NCBI GenBank assembly: GCA_004431415.1
Contig: QPMI01000271.1
Span: 45,659 to 109,658 of the forward strand
Direction of reading: 5' to 3'
From: Cyanophora paradoxa CCMP329
Taxonomy: Eukaryota > Plantae > Glaucophyta
Length of the DNA stretch: 64,000 bases
A program made the position numbers and the translations under genes. The number at the start of each line of letters is the position of its first letter. The first letter of the stretch is position 1. Of this stretch, positions 34,027-47,424 are shown piece after piece. A model generated the notes under the pieces. The model was not told where the DNA came from and made no database searches. It saw only the letters and a list, made by a program, of their open reading frames with translations.

Positions 34027-36200
34027 ATGGATTCATCTGTTTCGCGCGTTGAGCGTGCGCAGGAGCTTTCGGCAATGCTGGCGGGGCTGCCGAGCCTGCC
34101 GCGGCCGCGGCGGAAGCAGTCGTTCGTGAACCTCGTGCGCCCACTTCTTCCGCGCCTGGCGTTGCCGCAACGGGTCGGCACCAGGTGATGGCGGGCGAGT
34201 CGCTCGATTTTCCGGAGAACGCGATGCAAGCGACGGAGGAGGACGTGGCGAGCGTTGCCGGCTCCGAGGGCGAGGGCCCCGCCGCCTCCGAGTCCGACAT
34301 GGAGCTCATCTGGCAGGAGCGCGGTGCGCCGCGAGGGCCCGGGGCGCGCAGGGTCGCCCCTCTCAGGGTCGCCCGCGGCCCCCGCGCAGTGGCCCGGGAC
34401 CAGGCGCGCCCGGCGGCCGGCCAGATGCGCCTCATCACCTGGGAGGCCCGTCCGCCGCGCCCACCTTTCCAGCGCTGCCGCCCCGCGAGGCCCGCCGCAG
34501 GACGAGAGGGCCCGCGCGGCAGCGGCTTCTTCGGGGGCGGTGTCCGCGCCGCCAGCGCCGTCGGCGCCCCGGGGCTCGCCCCTGCGGCGAGGGCGGAGGA
34601 GCGCGAGGAGACGCGGGCGCTGGAAGCGGTGGCGGCGCGGGAGGAGGCGGCGGGGGTGCACGGGCAGCGGGCGGTTGCGGAGAAGGCGGGGCCGGGGCGG
34701 GGGCCGGGGAACGGGCCCCGCGTCGTGGTCTCCCGCCTCGTCCTCCGCTCTGCCATCTACTTCGGTGCCGTCCCCGCCCGCCCCCGGCCCCGCCCGCGCG
34801 CACATGCTCCTGCACGGGCCCACGGGTGCGGGGCCGGGGCAGTGTACGAGATGGTGGGCCGGCGGGTCGGCAAGGACCAGGGCCGCTACGTCAAGGCACG
34901 CGCCCCCGCCCGCCCGCCCGCGCGCCGCGGGGCCGGGGCCGAGGCGGGGCGCGGCGGCGGGGGCAGCTCTTGGCGGAGTGGGGCGTGGACGAGGTGCTGC
35001 GGCCCTCCTCCTTCAGCACCACCCGCAAGGCCCTCGAGTACCTCGTCCGCGCCCCGCCCCGCCCGCGCCCCGCCCGGCAGCCGGGACGCGGGGGCGGCAG
35101 CTGCCGGGCCTGGCCTCCCTCGTCTGCACCCGCCTCTACACCCGCTACGTGCGGCCCCGCCTCGCCGCTCCCCCCTGCCCCCGCCCAGCCGCCTCCGAGC
35201 GGGTGCGGCGGCAGGAGGCGGCGCTGATGGGCACCAAAGCGCGCCGCGAGGCCGCACCGCTCTGGTTCTCCGTGCGCCCCCGCCCCAGCCTGCGCCGCGG
35301 CGCGGGCGCCGCCGAGGGCGCCGGCGGCAGGCGGCGTACCGGGCGGTGCGGCTGCTGCTGGTTTACCGCTGCTTCCAGCCGGTGGGGAGCCGCCCTACTA
35401 CCTCGCCACCGCCGCCGGCCTCGGCTTCTCCTTCTTCGACGGGCGCGGCGCCAAGGACATCCTCCGGCCCCGCCGCTGGCCCCGCTACTTCACCCCGCTC
35501 CAGGCCCGCCCCGGCCCCCGCGCGCCCGCCCCCCGGCCGGGGCGCCTCGGGGGCGAGCGAGCGCTGCGCGCAGGGGCTGGCGACGCTGGTGCGCAGCGTC
35601 GCCTACGCCCTCATCTTCCTCCTCCCGTGGTCCCCGCCCCGCCCCGCCCCTCTCCCCCCGGCCGCTGCGCCCCTCACCCGCCCCAGGTCCTGCATCCCCT
35701 TCTTCCGCTCCTGGTGGCGCCGCCGCAACGCGCGCCCGCCCCTGCCCCGGCCCCCGCCCCAGGCCGCCGCGGGGCTGACGGGGCGCCGGCGGCAGGTGTG
35801 CCGCTTCTCGTTCATCACGCTCTTCGCGCTGCTGGGCGCCCTCCGCCGCCTCGCCGCCGCCGCCCTGCCCCCGCCGCCCCCGCCGGCCGCCTCCGCCGCG
35901 CGCCCTTCGGAGCGGAGGGCCTCGCCGCCATCCGCTCCGCCGCCGCCGCCCTCTCCTCCGCCGCTTGAGCTGCTGAGCCCCGGGGGCCCGGATAGACGTA
36001 CCCGGCGCGGCGGAGCATCACGGCATCCCCATCGGATGTACAGTACCAGTACCACTGCTTCGTTTGGCTCGCACCTGAGCGCTAGTTTTAGAGTTTCCTC
36101 CTTTCAGAAACCGTCTAAAGTAGCCGCTGAGCAGTCCCGTTGCGGGAGTGTACGATTAAGGGCATCAGGCAGGCCCGTGCGCTCACGTTCGTTGCGTTGA
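34027..36200 (+). CDS. Hypothetical membrane protein (multi-exon; both ends uncertain)
   Basis: Exon peptides LLAEWGVDEVLRP, LATLVRSVAYALIFLLPW and FSFITLFALLGAL separated by typical short introns. Confidence 0.45.
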
Positions 36201-39200
36201 GTGCTATGCGCATGCTGCCTGTAGTTTGGTCGCTCTGCTTTCCTTTCTTCTTCTCGCTGTTTTTCTGAATCGAACACGTCGTCGAGCTGAGGTTGCGCAG
36301 GCGGCGGCAGCGGGCGCGCGTGGCTAGGAGGGCGGGGCGGGGGCGGAGCGGGCTTCGAGGGCCTCCCTGCGGGCGCGCTCGAGCTCGCGGGCGTGCAGCA
36401 GGCGCCCGATCGCCTTCGCCCCCGTCTCCGCCGTCTCCTGCCGCCGCCTCAGCGCGGTGCCGGGGCCGGGGCCGGGGCCGGGGCCGGGGGGCGCCTGCAT
36501 CTCGGCGAGGCGCTCGTCGGGGAGGGCCCGCAGCGCCGCGTCCTCGTACGCCAGCAGCCGCCGCAGCTCGGCTGGCGGCGGCTCAGCGGGGAGGAGGGGG
36601 CGGGGCGGGGCGGGTTAGGGGCGGCACTCTCGCGCTCGGCGGAGGCGCGGAGGGCGGCGGAGAGGCGCTCGACCTCGGCGGACTGCACGCTCTGCCCGGG
36701 CACCAGCTTCCGCATCAGCGCCGCCACCTCGTCCCGCTCCGCCTCCACCTGCGCCCCGCCCCTCCCGGTCAGCGCCGGGCGGGCGCGCGGGGAGGGCGGG
36801 GGGCGCGCCTCGGCGGCCCGGCGCTCGAGGGCCTCGATGCGGCCCTCCGCGGCGATCGCCCGCGCCCGCCACGCCTCCCTGCCGCCCCCATCGCCCCCAC
36901 GCCCGCCGCCCCGCGCGCCGCGCCCGCCCACCGCTCCGAGTCGGTCTGCCCGAGGCGCGCCTCCCGCTCGCGCAGCTGCGCGGGGGTCGGGGGCGCGGCG
37001 GCCGGGGCGGGGCGGGGGCGGGCCTGGGCCTCGCGGGCGCGCAGGCGGCCCTCCTTCTCGTCCATCGCCTCCGTCAGCTTGGCCTTCTCGGCCTGGAGGC
37101 GCGCCACCAGGCCCCACGTCGACTCCAGCACCGCCAGCTGCTCCCGCTCCGCCGCCACCTGCGCCTCCAGCGCCGCCGCCTGCTCGCCGGGGCCCCGGGG
37201 GGCGGCGGGGGCGATGGCCGGCGAGGGGGGCCCCGCTTGCGGACGACCTCCGTCCAGCTGCGGCCCGGCGTCCCCGCGCCGGCAGCGGCCGCCGCGGCGC
37301 CCGGTGGCGACTTCGCCTTCCGCGGCGGCGTCCGCGGCGCCCCCGCCGCCTCGCCGCCCCCGCCCCGGCCCCCGCGCCCCGCGGGGAGCCCTTCGGCCGC
37401 GCCGCCGCCGCCGCCGGGGCAGCGCGGGGGCGGAGACGGGCGGCTCCGCCCCCGCCGCCGACGCGGAGCCGGCGGCGGGCGGTGCTGCGGCGGGCCCCCA
37501 GCGGCGGCGTCCGGCGTTGGGGCGGTCGGCGCGTCGGCCGAGGGGCGGCCTGGGAGGGGGGTGCGGGGGCGGCCTCGGGGAGGCGGGGGCGCGGTGGGCG
37601 GGCCGGCATGGGGCCGGAAGGGGAGGTCGGCGCGAGCTCGCGGAGGAGGCGGGCGCGGGCCTGCGCGGGTGAGGGCGGGAGGGGCGGAGGGGTGCGGTGC
37701 GGGGCGCACGCGGGAGGCGTGCTCGCCGGCGGCGGCGGCAAGGCGGCGCCAGAGGGCCTCGGCGAGGGCCGCGAGGAGGAGGGCCCGCCCGTGGCCCGCC
37801 ACGCTCGCAACCTGCACCAGGAAGGCCTCCGGGGGGCCAGCGCGCCCCCGGCCCCCCCGCCCCCAGCTCCACGCACGGCACCACCAGGCACTCCTGCCGC
37901 CCCGTCGGCCCCGCCCCGCCCCGGGCCGCCCCGGGAGAGGGCGGACCATCTGGCGGAGGAAGGCGGCGCTGCAGCGGGCGTAGGCGAGGGAGGCGCGGCG
38001 CCACGGCTCCAGCGCCGCCCGCCCCCGCCGCCCCGCCGCGACCCGCTCGCACAGGGCCCGCGTGGCCGCCAGGGCCCCGCCCCGCGGCACCGACCCCGCG
38101 CTCCCCTGCAGCAGCGCCGCCGCCTGCGCGCCCGCCGCCTCCCGCGCCGCCGCCGCTGCCGCCACGCTCGCCGCCGCCGCGCGCGGCCCGCCGCTGGGCT
38201 GCGCGAGGGCCGAGGCGGCGGCGGCAGCGGCGGCGGCAGCGCAGTCGCAGAGGAGGGCGCGGGCGGTGAGGGAGCGGGCTGGGCGGGGCCCCGAGGGTGA
38301 GCCCGGCGACGTGCTCGGCGCAGAGCGCCCCCGCCTCTGCGGGGCTCGCCGCCGCCGCGAGAAGGCGCTCGGCGCGGAGCAAGGGGGCGGGGAGGGGCGC
38401 GGGGGCGAGCCCGGCGGCGGGCTCGGCGGCGGCGAGCTGCTGGTCGAGCACGGCGCGGTCGCGCCGCACGCGCCCGAGCTCCGCCGCCGCGCACCGCAGC
38501 ACGCCCGCACGCTCAGCCCCGCCCCCGTCACCGCCGCCCCCAGCTCCCACTCCCCACGAACGGCGCGTACGGCAGCGGGCCCGGCGGCGCCAGCAGCGCC
38601 CCGCCCGCTGCAGCGCCGCGAGCCGCCGCGCGGCGGCGGGCCGTCGCCGGCGACGAGCCAGGAGGCGGGCTTGGGGCGAGGCGGCCGCCGCGGGCGTGGA
38701 GGGCGGGCCCGAGGGCGCAGGCGCCCCAGGCCTCGGCGGCGGCGAGGCGGGGCCCCGGCGGGCGGCGGGGAGCTGCTGGAGGGCCTCCCGCCCGACGCGC
38801 ACGGCCGCCTCGTCGCGCGCGGCGGCGGCCTCGTCGTCGGCGCGGGGGCGGGGAGGGCCCCCGGGGCGGCCCCTTGGCGAGGAGGAAGGCGGCGTATGCG
38901 CCGAGGCTCTCCAGCGCCGGCCCCGCGGCCCGTGCGGCGTGCTCCCGCAGCGCCTCGGCGTCCACCGCCCCCGCGGGGTCCGGCAGCGCCCCCTGCGGCA
39001 CCCGCACGAAGAGGCCCCCGCCCGCCCGCGCCATCAGCTCCGGCGGCCCCGACGCCGCGTTACGCGCCCCGCGCAGCTCCACGTGCGCCACCAGCGCGCA
39101 CTCCGCTGGCGCGTTTGTCGCCCCGAGGCTGCGGGCCGAGAGGAGCACCGCCGACGCCGCGTGCTCCGCCGGATACAGCGACGCCATCCCGCCCTCCGTC

Positions 39201-39843
39201 CCCGACGCCCGCGCCGCCGCCGCCTGAACTGCCGACAGCGCCGAGGAATCCAGTCGCCTGCGGGCGCCGAGCCTCAGAGACGGGGCCGGCGGGCCGAGCG
39301 CTCGGGGCACCATTCAAAAAGGAGGTGGCCCTGGGGGAATAGGATGTAGGGGCAGGCGGTGTCCGGGTGCTTCCAGACGACCCACAGGCGCGCGCAGACC
39401 ACGCGGCCCGGCGGCGGGGCGACCGCGGGGTCCGGCAGGGCGCGCGAGACGTCGAGCAGGAGCTCGACGTCGTCGGCCGAGCCCTTCGACCGCATGACGG
39501 GCGCCTCCGCCGTGTTAGCAACGCGTACGCCGCCGTCGCCTTCCGCATCGTACGTCACCACCTCCGCGCGAAACGAGCCCATCGAGAACAGCGTCCCGAG
39601 CGTAGCTGGCGAGCACTTGGCGCCGTCCTCGGCGGCGATCGGGACGCCATTCTCTATCAATGGCGCTAGCAGGTCGATGACGGCGGGCTTCAGCGACGGC
39701 AGCGCGTCCTTGGCGGCGCGTTTCACCGCCTCGAGCTCGACAGTGAAGAGCTTGCGGCGCTCCTCACCCGGTAGCGCTGCCAGGTACGCGCCGAAGCGCT
39801 CGGCCTCGTCGGCCGGCGCCGGCGCGCTCGATGGGCGCGGCAT
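36104..39843 (-). CDS. Hypothetical Ala-rich protein with C-terminal coiled coil (boundaries uncertain; could be two genes)
   Basis: Globular first exon (MPRPSSAP...ARLWVVWKHPD) and late exons EQAAALEAQVAAEREQL...LTEAMDEKEGRL. Confidence 0.45.
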
Positions 39844-40598
39844 TGAACGAAGCCCGGTAGCCCCCGCCGATGTCTTCCCCGCTGCCCGGGTACAGTCTGT
39901 CAGTTCGGCGCAGCTCCTCGACACGCTCGCATCGAATCGCACCGCAGCTTTCTACGAATTCTACGATGGACACGTTCAAGAGTGCGCACCGCCGCTCCGA
40001 CCGAGGCTCTCCCGCTCCGCTCCGGCCGAGCTCTCCCGCTCGCCATTGCCATTGCCGGCGCGCTCAAATAGTCATTTCTCAGCGGTCGCGCGTCTTTGGG
40101 CCCGCGCTCAGCGGTTCAAACGGCGCGCGCGCGCGCTGTTCCAGCCGCGGCCGCGCTGTTCCACCCGCCGCTGTTCATGCCCGCCCCGCGTCGAAGTCGC
40201 TGACCATCGCTCAATCGTTTTGTTGTCAGACATGCTCGGCAATCGCGATGAGGAGGTGCGCTCCCGCCAAATTGATATTAAAATTCGACGACTGACGCGT
40301 ACGTCGACTGTTCCCCCTGCCCGTCACGCGCAGGCGAAGCACGAGGTGCCCACGAGCTCGCCGCCGTACTCTAAAATTAGCAGCGCGCGCTCCACCTAAG
40401 GAAACAAGTCTCGCGCGCGCGCGCGCCTATCGATATCGGAGAGGCGGCGCGCGCGCGGCCTCTTAGTTCGCCTTCGTTCCAGGCTGCGGCCTCGAAGGAG
40501 CGCACCAGCGGCAACAAGGACACCGCCGGCGAGCAGCTCAAGGGTGAGTTCGATTCTACCCGAGCGCTTGTCTGAGAATGATCGCAGGTCTCGCCGGC

Positions 40599-40870
40599 AT
40601 GTCCAAGGAGCAGCAGCACGAGCGCATGGCGGCCCAAGCCGACCGGCGCGCAGACGGTGCTCAGTGCCAGCCCCCGCCAGCCGCTGAGTGCCTATTTTCA
40701 TTCCCGAAACAGAGCAAGGCCAATCGATGTGGCAGAGCACCAAGGATTCTGCTTCGGGTGCGCATCACGCACACCCTCGTTCGGTCGCTGATTGTGGACT
40801 ATGCGCAGGGATGGTGGACCGCGCAGGGGAGATGCTCGGGATGAAGGATCGGGACACCAAGCAGGGCTAA
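40599..40870 (+). CDS. Small (~55-aa) hydrophilic LEA/hydrophilin-like protein, 3 coding exons
   Basis: MSKEQQHERMAAQADRRADE|QGQSMWQSTKDSASG|MVDRAGEMLGMKDRDTKQG* joins in frame through two GT-AG introns. A probable 5'-UTR intron lies at ~40543-40587. Confidence 0.65.
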
Positions 40871-41021
40871 ATTCACAGCTCCCGCAACATCGGGAGGCCG
40901 ACGCCGCCCGCAGCTCTGATGGCCCTGGGTCTGAGGCCAAGCCGTCACAGTCCGCGAATTTTGTCGCTAAATAAAAGCGAACGTAAATTGCACAGGAAGT
41001 CCAGGGGGGCGATAGGGGGGG

Positions 41022-42949
41022 TTACGCGCGGGCGTGGGCCCGTATCTGGTTGTAGAGCCTGAGGACCTTGATCTTGTCCTCCGCGGCGCCGCCGGGGGCG
41101 GGGAGGAAGCGCTGCATCTTCTCCCGGAGCTCCTCGCGGTGCTGCCGGAGGAGCCGCAGCTGCTCCGCCTTCTGCTGCGTCCGCTGCAGCGCCGCGAACG
41201 TCTGCCCCGCCGTTAGCTGGCGCGGCGCGGCTCGGGGCGGCGCGGGGCGGGGCGGGCGCCTGCTCGTTGAGCGCGGCCCGCTCGGCGACGGGGAGCTCGC
41301 TCGCGAGCTGGCTCCTCCCCAGCAGCCGCTGGTACTCGCTGCGCGCCGCTCGCGGGGCGCGGGGCCGGGGCGGCGGGGCGGGCGGACGCTTCGGAGGCGG
41401 CGAGCTCGTCGGCGGCGAGGTCGATGGCGGCCTGCAGGAAGCCCTCGGGGTCCACCAGCGCCTCCTCCCGCGCCGCCGCCGCCGCCCCGATCGCCGCCGC
41501 CTCGCTGCCCCCGCCCGACGACCCCGCTTCCTCGGCCCCTGCGCCGCCCCCCGTCAGCGCCGGCCCGATCGCTTTCCAGAGGGGAGCGCACAGGCTCGCG
41601 GCCGGTCCGCGAGGCCGCGCTGCACGTTGGCGGGGAGCGAGTGCGAGGGGCCGCCCTGCGGGCCGCCCCGTCGGCGCCGCCCAGGCGCGAGCGGCGCGGC
41701 CTCGCAGACCTTGCCGGCGGGGACGTAGGGCGGGTCCACGCCGTCGTTGGCCGCGCGGAGGGAGCCCTGGAGGCCGCCGGCGAGGGGGTACAGCGTCTCC
41801 GCCGACGTCCGGGCGGCCACCTCGTCGGCGAAGTCGGTGGGCAGTTTCCTGCGCCGTGTGTCGGGCCCGCCCGCCCCGCCCGCCAGCGCGCCCCGCACCT
41901 CCGGACGCTCGCCGGCCTCTGGTAGCGGCTGCAGGCGCCGTTGCTCCCCAGCACCTTCCCCGTCGCAATCTCGTATCGCCTCCTCGCACGCGCCAGCTGC
42001 GCGGGGGGTCGGCCGGGTCGCCGGGGGGCGGGGGCGGGGCGGGGCGGGCCCTGGCGCGGGGCGCGGAGGCGGAGCGGGAGGCGTCGGGGGAGGCGCCAGC
42101 GACCTCCTCGAGGCGTGTGACGAGCTCCTCGTTCACGCTCAGCAGCGTCTTCACCGCCTCGTCCGCCTGCGCCGCCCCCTCGCCCCCTCGCCCCGCGCCC
42201 CCGCGCCCCGGCGCCCCGGCGCCCCGCCCCGCGCCGACCTTGGAGCGGGCCTCCTCGGCGGCGATGCGGCGGGCGCGCTCCTCCTGCTCGGCGCGGCGCG
42301 CGGAGGCGACGTCGCTGCCGCCGCGGCCGCGGGCGGCGGCGAGCTCCTCCTGGCAGGCGGCGAGGGCGAGCTCGGCGTCGCGCAGCTTGGCGGCCCACTC
42401 GCGCTGCAGCTCCTCGGCGCGCCGCCCCGCCTCGCGCTGCAGCTCCTCGACCCGCCCGAAGGCCGCCTTCTTCTCCGCCTCGGCGCCCTGGTAGGAGCGC
42501 AGCTCGGCCCGCAGGTTCTCCACCGTCCGCAGCATCTCCGCATTGTCCCGCCGCAGCACCTCCTCCCGGATCGCAGCGTCCCGCGCCTCCTTCACCCGCT
42601 GCCCCTCCCGCTCCTTCATCTGCCGCTCCACCCCCTCCACCCGCTTCTTCTCCTCCTCCAGCCGCAGGCGCAACTCCTTGTTGTCCCCCTCCAGCCGCCG
42701 GATCTTCTCCTGCAGCGAGCGGATCGCCGAGGCCGCTGCCCGCGAGTTCGCCATGATGTCCGTCGTGCCGTTCAGCGTGAACGAGATCCCCGCCCGCGGG
42801 CTCCCGTGACGCACGGACACCCCCAGAATTCTCGACTCCTCCAGCTGCGGGATGGGCTCTGGGGCCCGGGCAGGCGATGCTTCGGCGCGCGGCTCCGGTG
42901 CGGTTGGCGCAACGCTTAGGTTGAGGGACGCATCCTGCCAGAGCTGCAT
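41022..42949 (-). CDS. CEP57/translokin-like centrosomal coiled-coil protein (start uncertain)
   Basis: NSRAAASAIRSLQEKIRRLE resembles the CEP57 centrosome-localisation motif as I recall it; a long coiled coil follows. Confidence 0.55.
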
Positions 42950-43388
42950 TCAAGCCATAGCTAAGCATCTGCTGCCCGGGTGCGCACCTGCTGGGCTCGC
43001 AGAGTCTTGGAAAGCTCGGACAGGCGATTGTACGCGACCGAGAGCTGATCCGCACCCGTAGACACTGTTGCCGCCTGCATCGCCCCATTAGAAGCACATC
43101 GCCGCTGAGTTAGCTAGCCAACGCGCACCGGCGGTTCTTTCCGACCCTCCAAAATCGAGAGCAGCAGGCTAGCCGCGCGCTGCCCGTCTACCGCCATTCG
43201 CGAGAGCGCCTCAAGCGTTTGAGAGCTCTGTCCGCTGTCGCTGGCGCGGAGGTGCGTTGAAATTTGAAGGCCTCTTCAACCGCCAGAGCCCGCGGAAGTG
43301 TTCTACCCCCCCTGAGCGCCAGCAGCCAGCTGCTTGCAGGCTGAGCAGCCGAACTAATCGCCGCGGCTGATATTGCGGCCTCCTCGTG

Positions 43389-44923
43389 ATGGAGGCGAGC
43401 GGGGGCTTCATCACGAGCCTCGCGGGGGACGAGTCCGCGGCACTTCGCCCGAGCTTCTTCGAGCTCATCGCCCAGGACCGCCTCCTCCCCCCGCTGGCAC
43501 CGGCGCTCAAGTACGTGCTCTCGGTGAGTGCAAGCCCGTGCGCCTGCCCCGATGCAAGCTCGCCGCGCTCAAGCTTAGAGCGGCGCAGTTGCTGGCGCAA
43601 CGTGATCCGCGCTTCGTGCGCTGGGCCGACCGGAGCGAGGAGATTTTCACAGTAGCAATGGCGGCACTAGAATGGAGCTTTCTGCGGAGGCACGGTACGC
43701 GCGCGCGCGCGCTCCGATTCCTTGCAGCCGAGGTCATACGAGCGTGCTTGACTGCGCCTCCCTGCAGACTCTTCTTTCGAGGAGAACTTCTACGGGCTTT
43801 GCAGAGCGCGGCTGCCGTCTTCTTCGGCCCTTCGGAGGCAGGCGCCACGCCAGGAGCGCGGCAGCCTTGGCGGGCAGCTGGAGAAAGCGGGGCGATCAAC
43901 GGACGGGCTGAGGGATCGAGACCGCCTCCTCTCGCTCTTCTTCCTGGTGAGATCGGTGGCGTTCAGGTGCCCGCGCGGCTAAACCAACGTCAGGTCGGTA
44001 TGCCGTACCTGCGGACGAAGGCGGACGAGTGGTTCGCCTCGCAAGCGGGGCCCGTAACGCCCTTCGGCCGCCTTCCAGCCGCCCCGCCTGAGCAGAGTCC
44101 TCCCCAAAGATCGGTGCGCGCGGGCTCGCGAGAGTGCGCCCCGGAATGAGACACAGGGGTGCGCAGGAGGGGACGGCGTGGGAGCGCGGGCGGCGGCGCC
44201 TGCTGGAGTGGGCTGTGAAGGTGTACCCGTACGCGAACGCGGGGGTGGAGGCGTCGGTGTTCGCGTACCAGGCGCTCTACCTGCTGGGCCTCACCCCGCA
44301 CTTCACCCCCTGGCTCCGCATCCAGCGCCTCGTCATCCGCCGCAGCACGCCGCGCGACGCCGGCGGCGCCTCCGGGGGGGCGGGGGCGGGGGCGGCGGGG
44401 CGCGGGGAGGAGGCGGGGCGGGCGGGGCGCTCGCTGGGGGACGTGGTGTACCGGATGCTGGACGGCACGCGCTACGCCCTCATCGCCGCCGTCTTCCTCT
44501 TCAAGTTCCTCGAGTGGCCCGCCCCGCCCCGCCCCGCCCCGCCCCGCCCCGCCCCGCCCCGCCCCGAGCCCGCCCCCAACAGGTACTACTCGGTGGAGCC
44601 GCAGGGGGCCGGGGGCTTGCCGGCAGTGCCGCCCCCAGGGCCGCCGCGGCGGGCGCTGGGAGGGATCCCGGTTCCGCGGGACAAGCGGGTGTGCCCGCTG
44701 TGCCGGCGGCCGCGGACGAACGCGGCGGTGGCGCCCTCGGGGATCGCCTTCTGCTACCCGTGCCTCTTCGCCTACGTCCGCGAGCACCGCCGCTGCCCCG
44801 TCACCTTCCTCCCCGCCTCCCTCGACCAGGCACCCCGCCCCGCCCCCCCGGACCGCCTCCGCCCCCGCTCACCCCTCCGCCCCGCAGCTCCGCCGCATCT
44901 ACGACAACGCACCGCCCTCCTGA
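43389..44923 (+). CDS. PEX12: Peroxin PEX12 (multi-exon)
   Basis: RPSFFELIAQDRL...PALKY, SFEENFYGL, MPYLRTK, FLFKFLEW and the C-terminal RING CPLC...SGIAFCYPC...CPVT. Confidence 0.92.
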
Positions 44924-45395
44924 GCTTCGAATTCTGAGCCTCGGCTTTGGAGGGCTGCGAGGCCGCGGCCGCCGTCTTTGCGTTCACGCCCACAAGCACT
45001 GCTCCCGGCCGCGGCACGTGCGCTGCGCTGTGCATTGGGCCGTCTCGCGCGAATTGCGTTCCTATGCCTCGTCCGAAGTCGACTTTCGCTTATGTGCAAC
45101 ATTGTTTTTTTTTAATTCGAATAGCACCATGCCATGATGCATATGGCTTAACTCAATGAGCTTGCCAAGTTGAAGCTCGAGCTCGAGATGCCGCGCGCGC
45201 CAGCGCGTGTTCGAATTCAGTGCACGTGCGCGGTACCGGTCATGATCAGTGTGTCACACTGCAGCTGTGACAGTCACTGAGTGCACGTGTGCGTATGCAG
45301 CGTGCATGCGCACTGATCATGACGCACGGCGCGCGCAGCTAGCGACGCAGCGATATCGATTTCCCGCGGAGAATCCGCCAGGATTCCGCCGGACC

Positions 45396-46940
45396 ATGCC
45401 AGTAATCCGCCAGGTTCCTCGAGGAAAAGCCGCGGAACCTGTACTTCGAGAAACATGCAGGCTGCAGACAGAACGTCTACGAGCTAGACGGATCTCAACT
45501 TTGGGGCTCCAGTTCGTGGGATTGGACCACGAGGGGCGCCCAGCCCGCCATCCACCGCCGGAGCAGCTTCGGTCGGCCGAGCACGGAAAGGCCCCCTTGA
45601 GGGAGGGAGTACGCCCTCCCCGGCAACTTGCGTTCGGAGGATACCGGATTAGCGTTCAAAACAAAGATGCCGTGCTCAGGGCATACCTCGAGCTCCATAG
45701 CCAGGAGTCCCCACGCGGTAGCGACGCCTTGCTCTAGTAAATTGCTATTTAGCAACATTCCCGAGCGTCCCCGCAAATTGCACGGCACACCGATCGGCAC
45801 TCGGGAGCAGCTGCCCGCCAGCGCGCAGACTGCTGTGCCTCGCGTAGCTGTAGTAAGAGGCGCGTCTGCTGCCGTCAGCGCGAATGAGCTAGCTGAGCTC
45901 GCGGAACATGAGGCACGGCTGCGGTTGGAGAAGCGGGCCGAGGAGTTAGCTGTGGTGCGTGGACGTTTCCCACCGCTTTCCCATACCGTGCAACCAACCG
46001 CCTCTGCAGTTCCAAGAGCGCATCACGGGGCGTTTGAAGTCACACCGGCGGCAGCAAAAGCAAGAAGCATTCGTGGCGGCGCTTGCGGTCGAAACTGTAT
46101 GCCATGCGGCCTCGGTTGCTCTATACTTTCCGCTAAATCGAATCGCAGGAAGCGATCAGAACAGCAGCGCGGGAGGGACTACCGCTGTCGTTCAACGCTT
46201 TCCCGGAGGACCTCGGCCCTAGCCCCTACGCCCGTGCGCTACGCCCTCTTCGCGCAGCTTCGTTCTCTTACTGAGAGTTGTCTTCCCAGAGGTTTTCGAG
46301 GCCGCGCCTCGCCCGTCCGAGAAAGTGCGGGAGCGCGACGTCCGAGGAACGCAGAAGGCGTACGCACAGGAATCGAGGGACGCCGTCATCCTGGCCCGCG
46401 AGCAGGCCGCGGAACGGGAGCGTCAGCACAGGTCTTTCCTCCTGACGCTTTGTTCAAAGTATCTGTTCTGACTCCTGAGCGCAGGGAGGCTGTGATGGCT
46501 GCCCGGGCAGCAGAGGCGGAGGCCGCAGCGAAGGCAGCTGAAGCGCAGAGAAGGGTCATGGAGGAGCTCGCCGCACAGGCGGCGGCATCCCGAACATCGC
46601 AGCCCGCCCGGAACCCGCAGGCGGAGCACCAGAGGTCGGCCCCCCACAGAAACCTCGCGCCACGCGCAAGACTTCTGCTCACAGGACGTGCTTCAGGTTT
46701 CAGCAGGCTCTGAAAGCGAGCGTCATCGACAAGGTTCCGTTGAATTTTGCTCTGTATAGCACGCCGTCTAATAGACTCCACGCTCACTTCGTTTCCCAGG
46801 TGCACAGAGCGTCCGAAGAGCTCCCGTCTCTATGCTTGTGCGGGTCAAGCCTCGAGCGGGGAGCCTGTGCGATCAACTGCCCCTATTACGGAGCGCCCAA
46901 CGCTTTCCTGGCCGACATGTCGCAATACCTTCGCGCATAA
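45396..46940 (+). CDS. CCDC15-like centriolar protein (multi-exon; start uncertain)
   Basis: C-terminal LPSLCLCG...CAINCPYY.AP.AF resembles the Cys-rich CCDC15 tail as I recall it; upstream coiled-coil exons include LQFQERITGRLK. Confidence 0.5.
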
Positions 46941-47424
46941 ACGTAGAACAAGCATTCGCAACGGCTGAGCCTGCCTTCGGCTAACGCCCACCTCCGAAGC
47001 TCATGATCATGATCAAATGTAAAAAGTAGTAGTCAATTTCGCGCTGTCGCAGTTCGCGCCAAAGCGGCGGCAGCTGCCGCTGCAGGGGGATTCTAAGCGC
47101 CGGCAGCTGCAGTGGCGCGCGAGGGTGCTGGGATGGGTCGTGGCCGGCGGGCCAATTCGCAACAGTTCCTGTGAGTCGACGCAGGCTCACAGCGCCGCTC
47201 CCATGTACTTGCGCATGCGCATGTGCAATTTAACCAGCTAGTGGGCGCATCGCGGGTTCAGGTCGATGTTTTGTACAGGCGCCAGCAAAGAAAACCGGCC
47301 CGACCCTTACCTCAGTTCGTCGCCCGCACGCGACGACGATCACAGTGTTTAACGTGTCGCAGACGAACTTCGACGTGTTGTTCAGTCGGCGGAGGCGCGC
47401 CGCCGGCAGCAGGCCGCCGCCGAG

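Noticed and set aside
36293-39349. Many long overlapping six-frame ORFs (400-800 aa) rich in Arg/Pro/Gly/Ala, here and throughout the window
   Set aside because: Expected from stop-codon scarcity at very high GC; they read through introns or lie antisense to real genes.
45220-45292. CACGTG E-boxes as possible targets of the bHLH-LOV protein
   Set aside because: The hexamer is frequent by chance in GC-rich DNA and there is no enrichment evidence.
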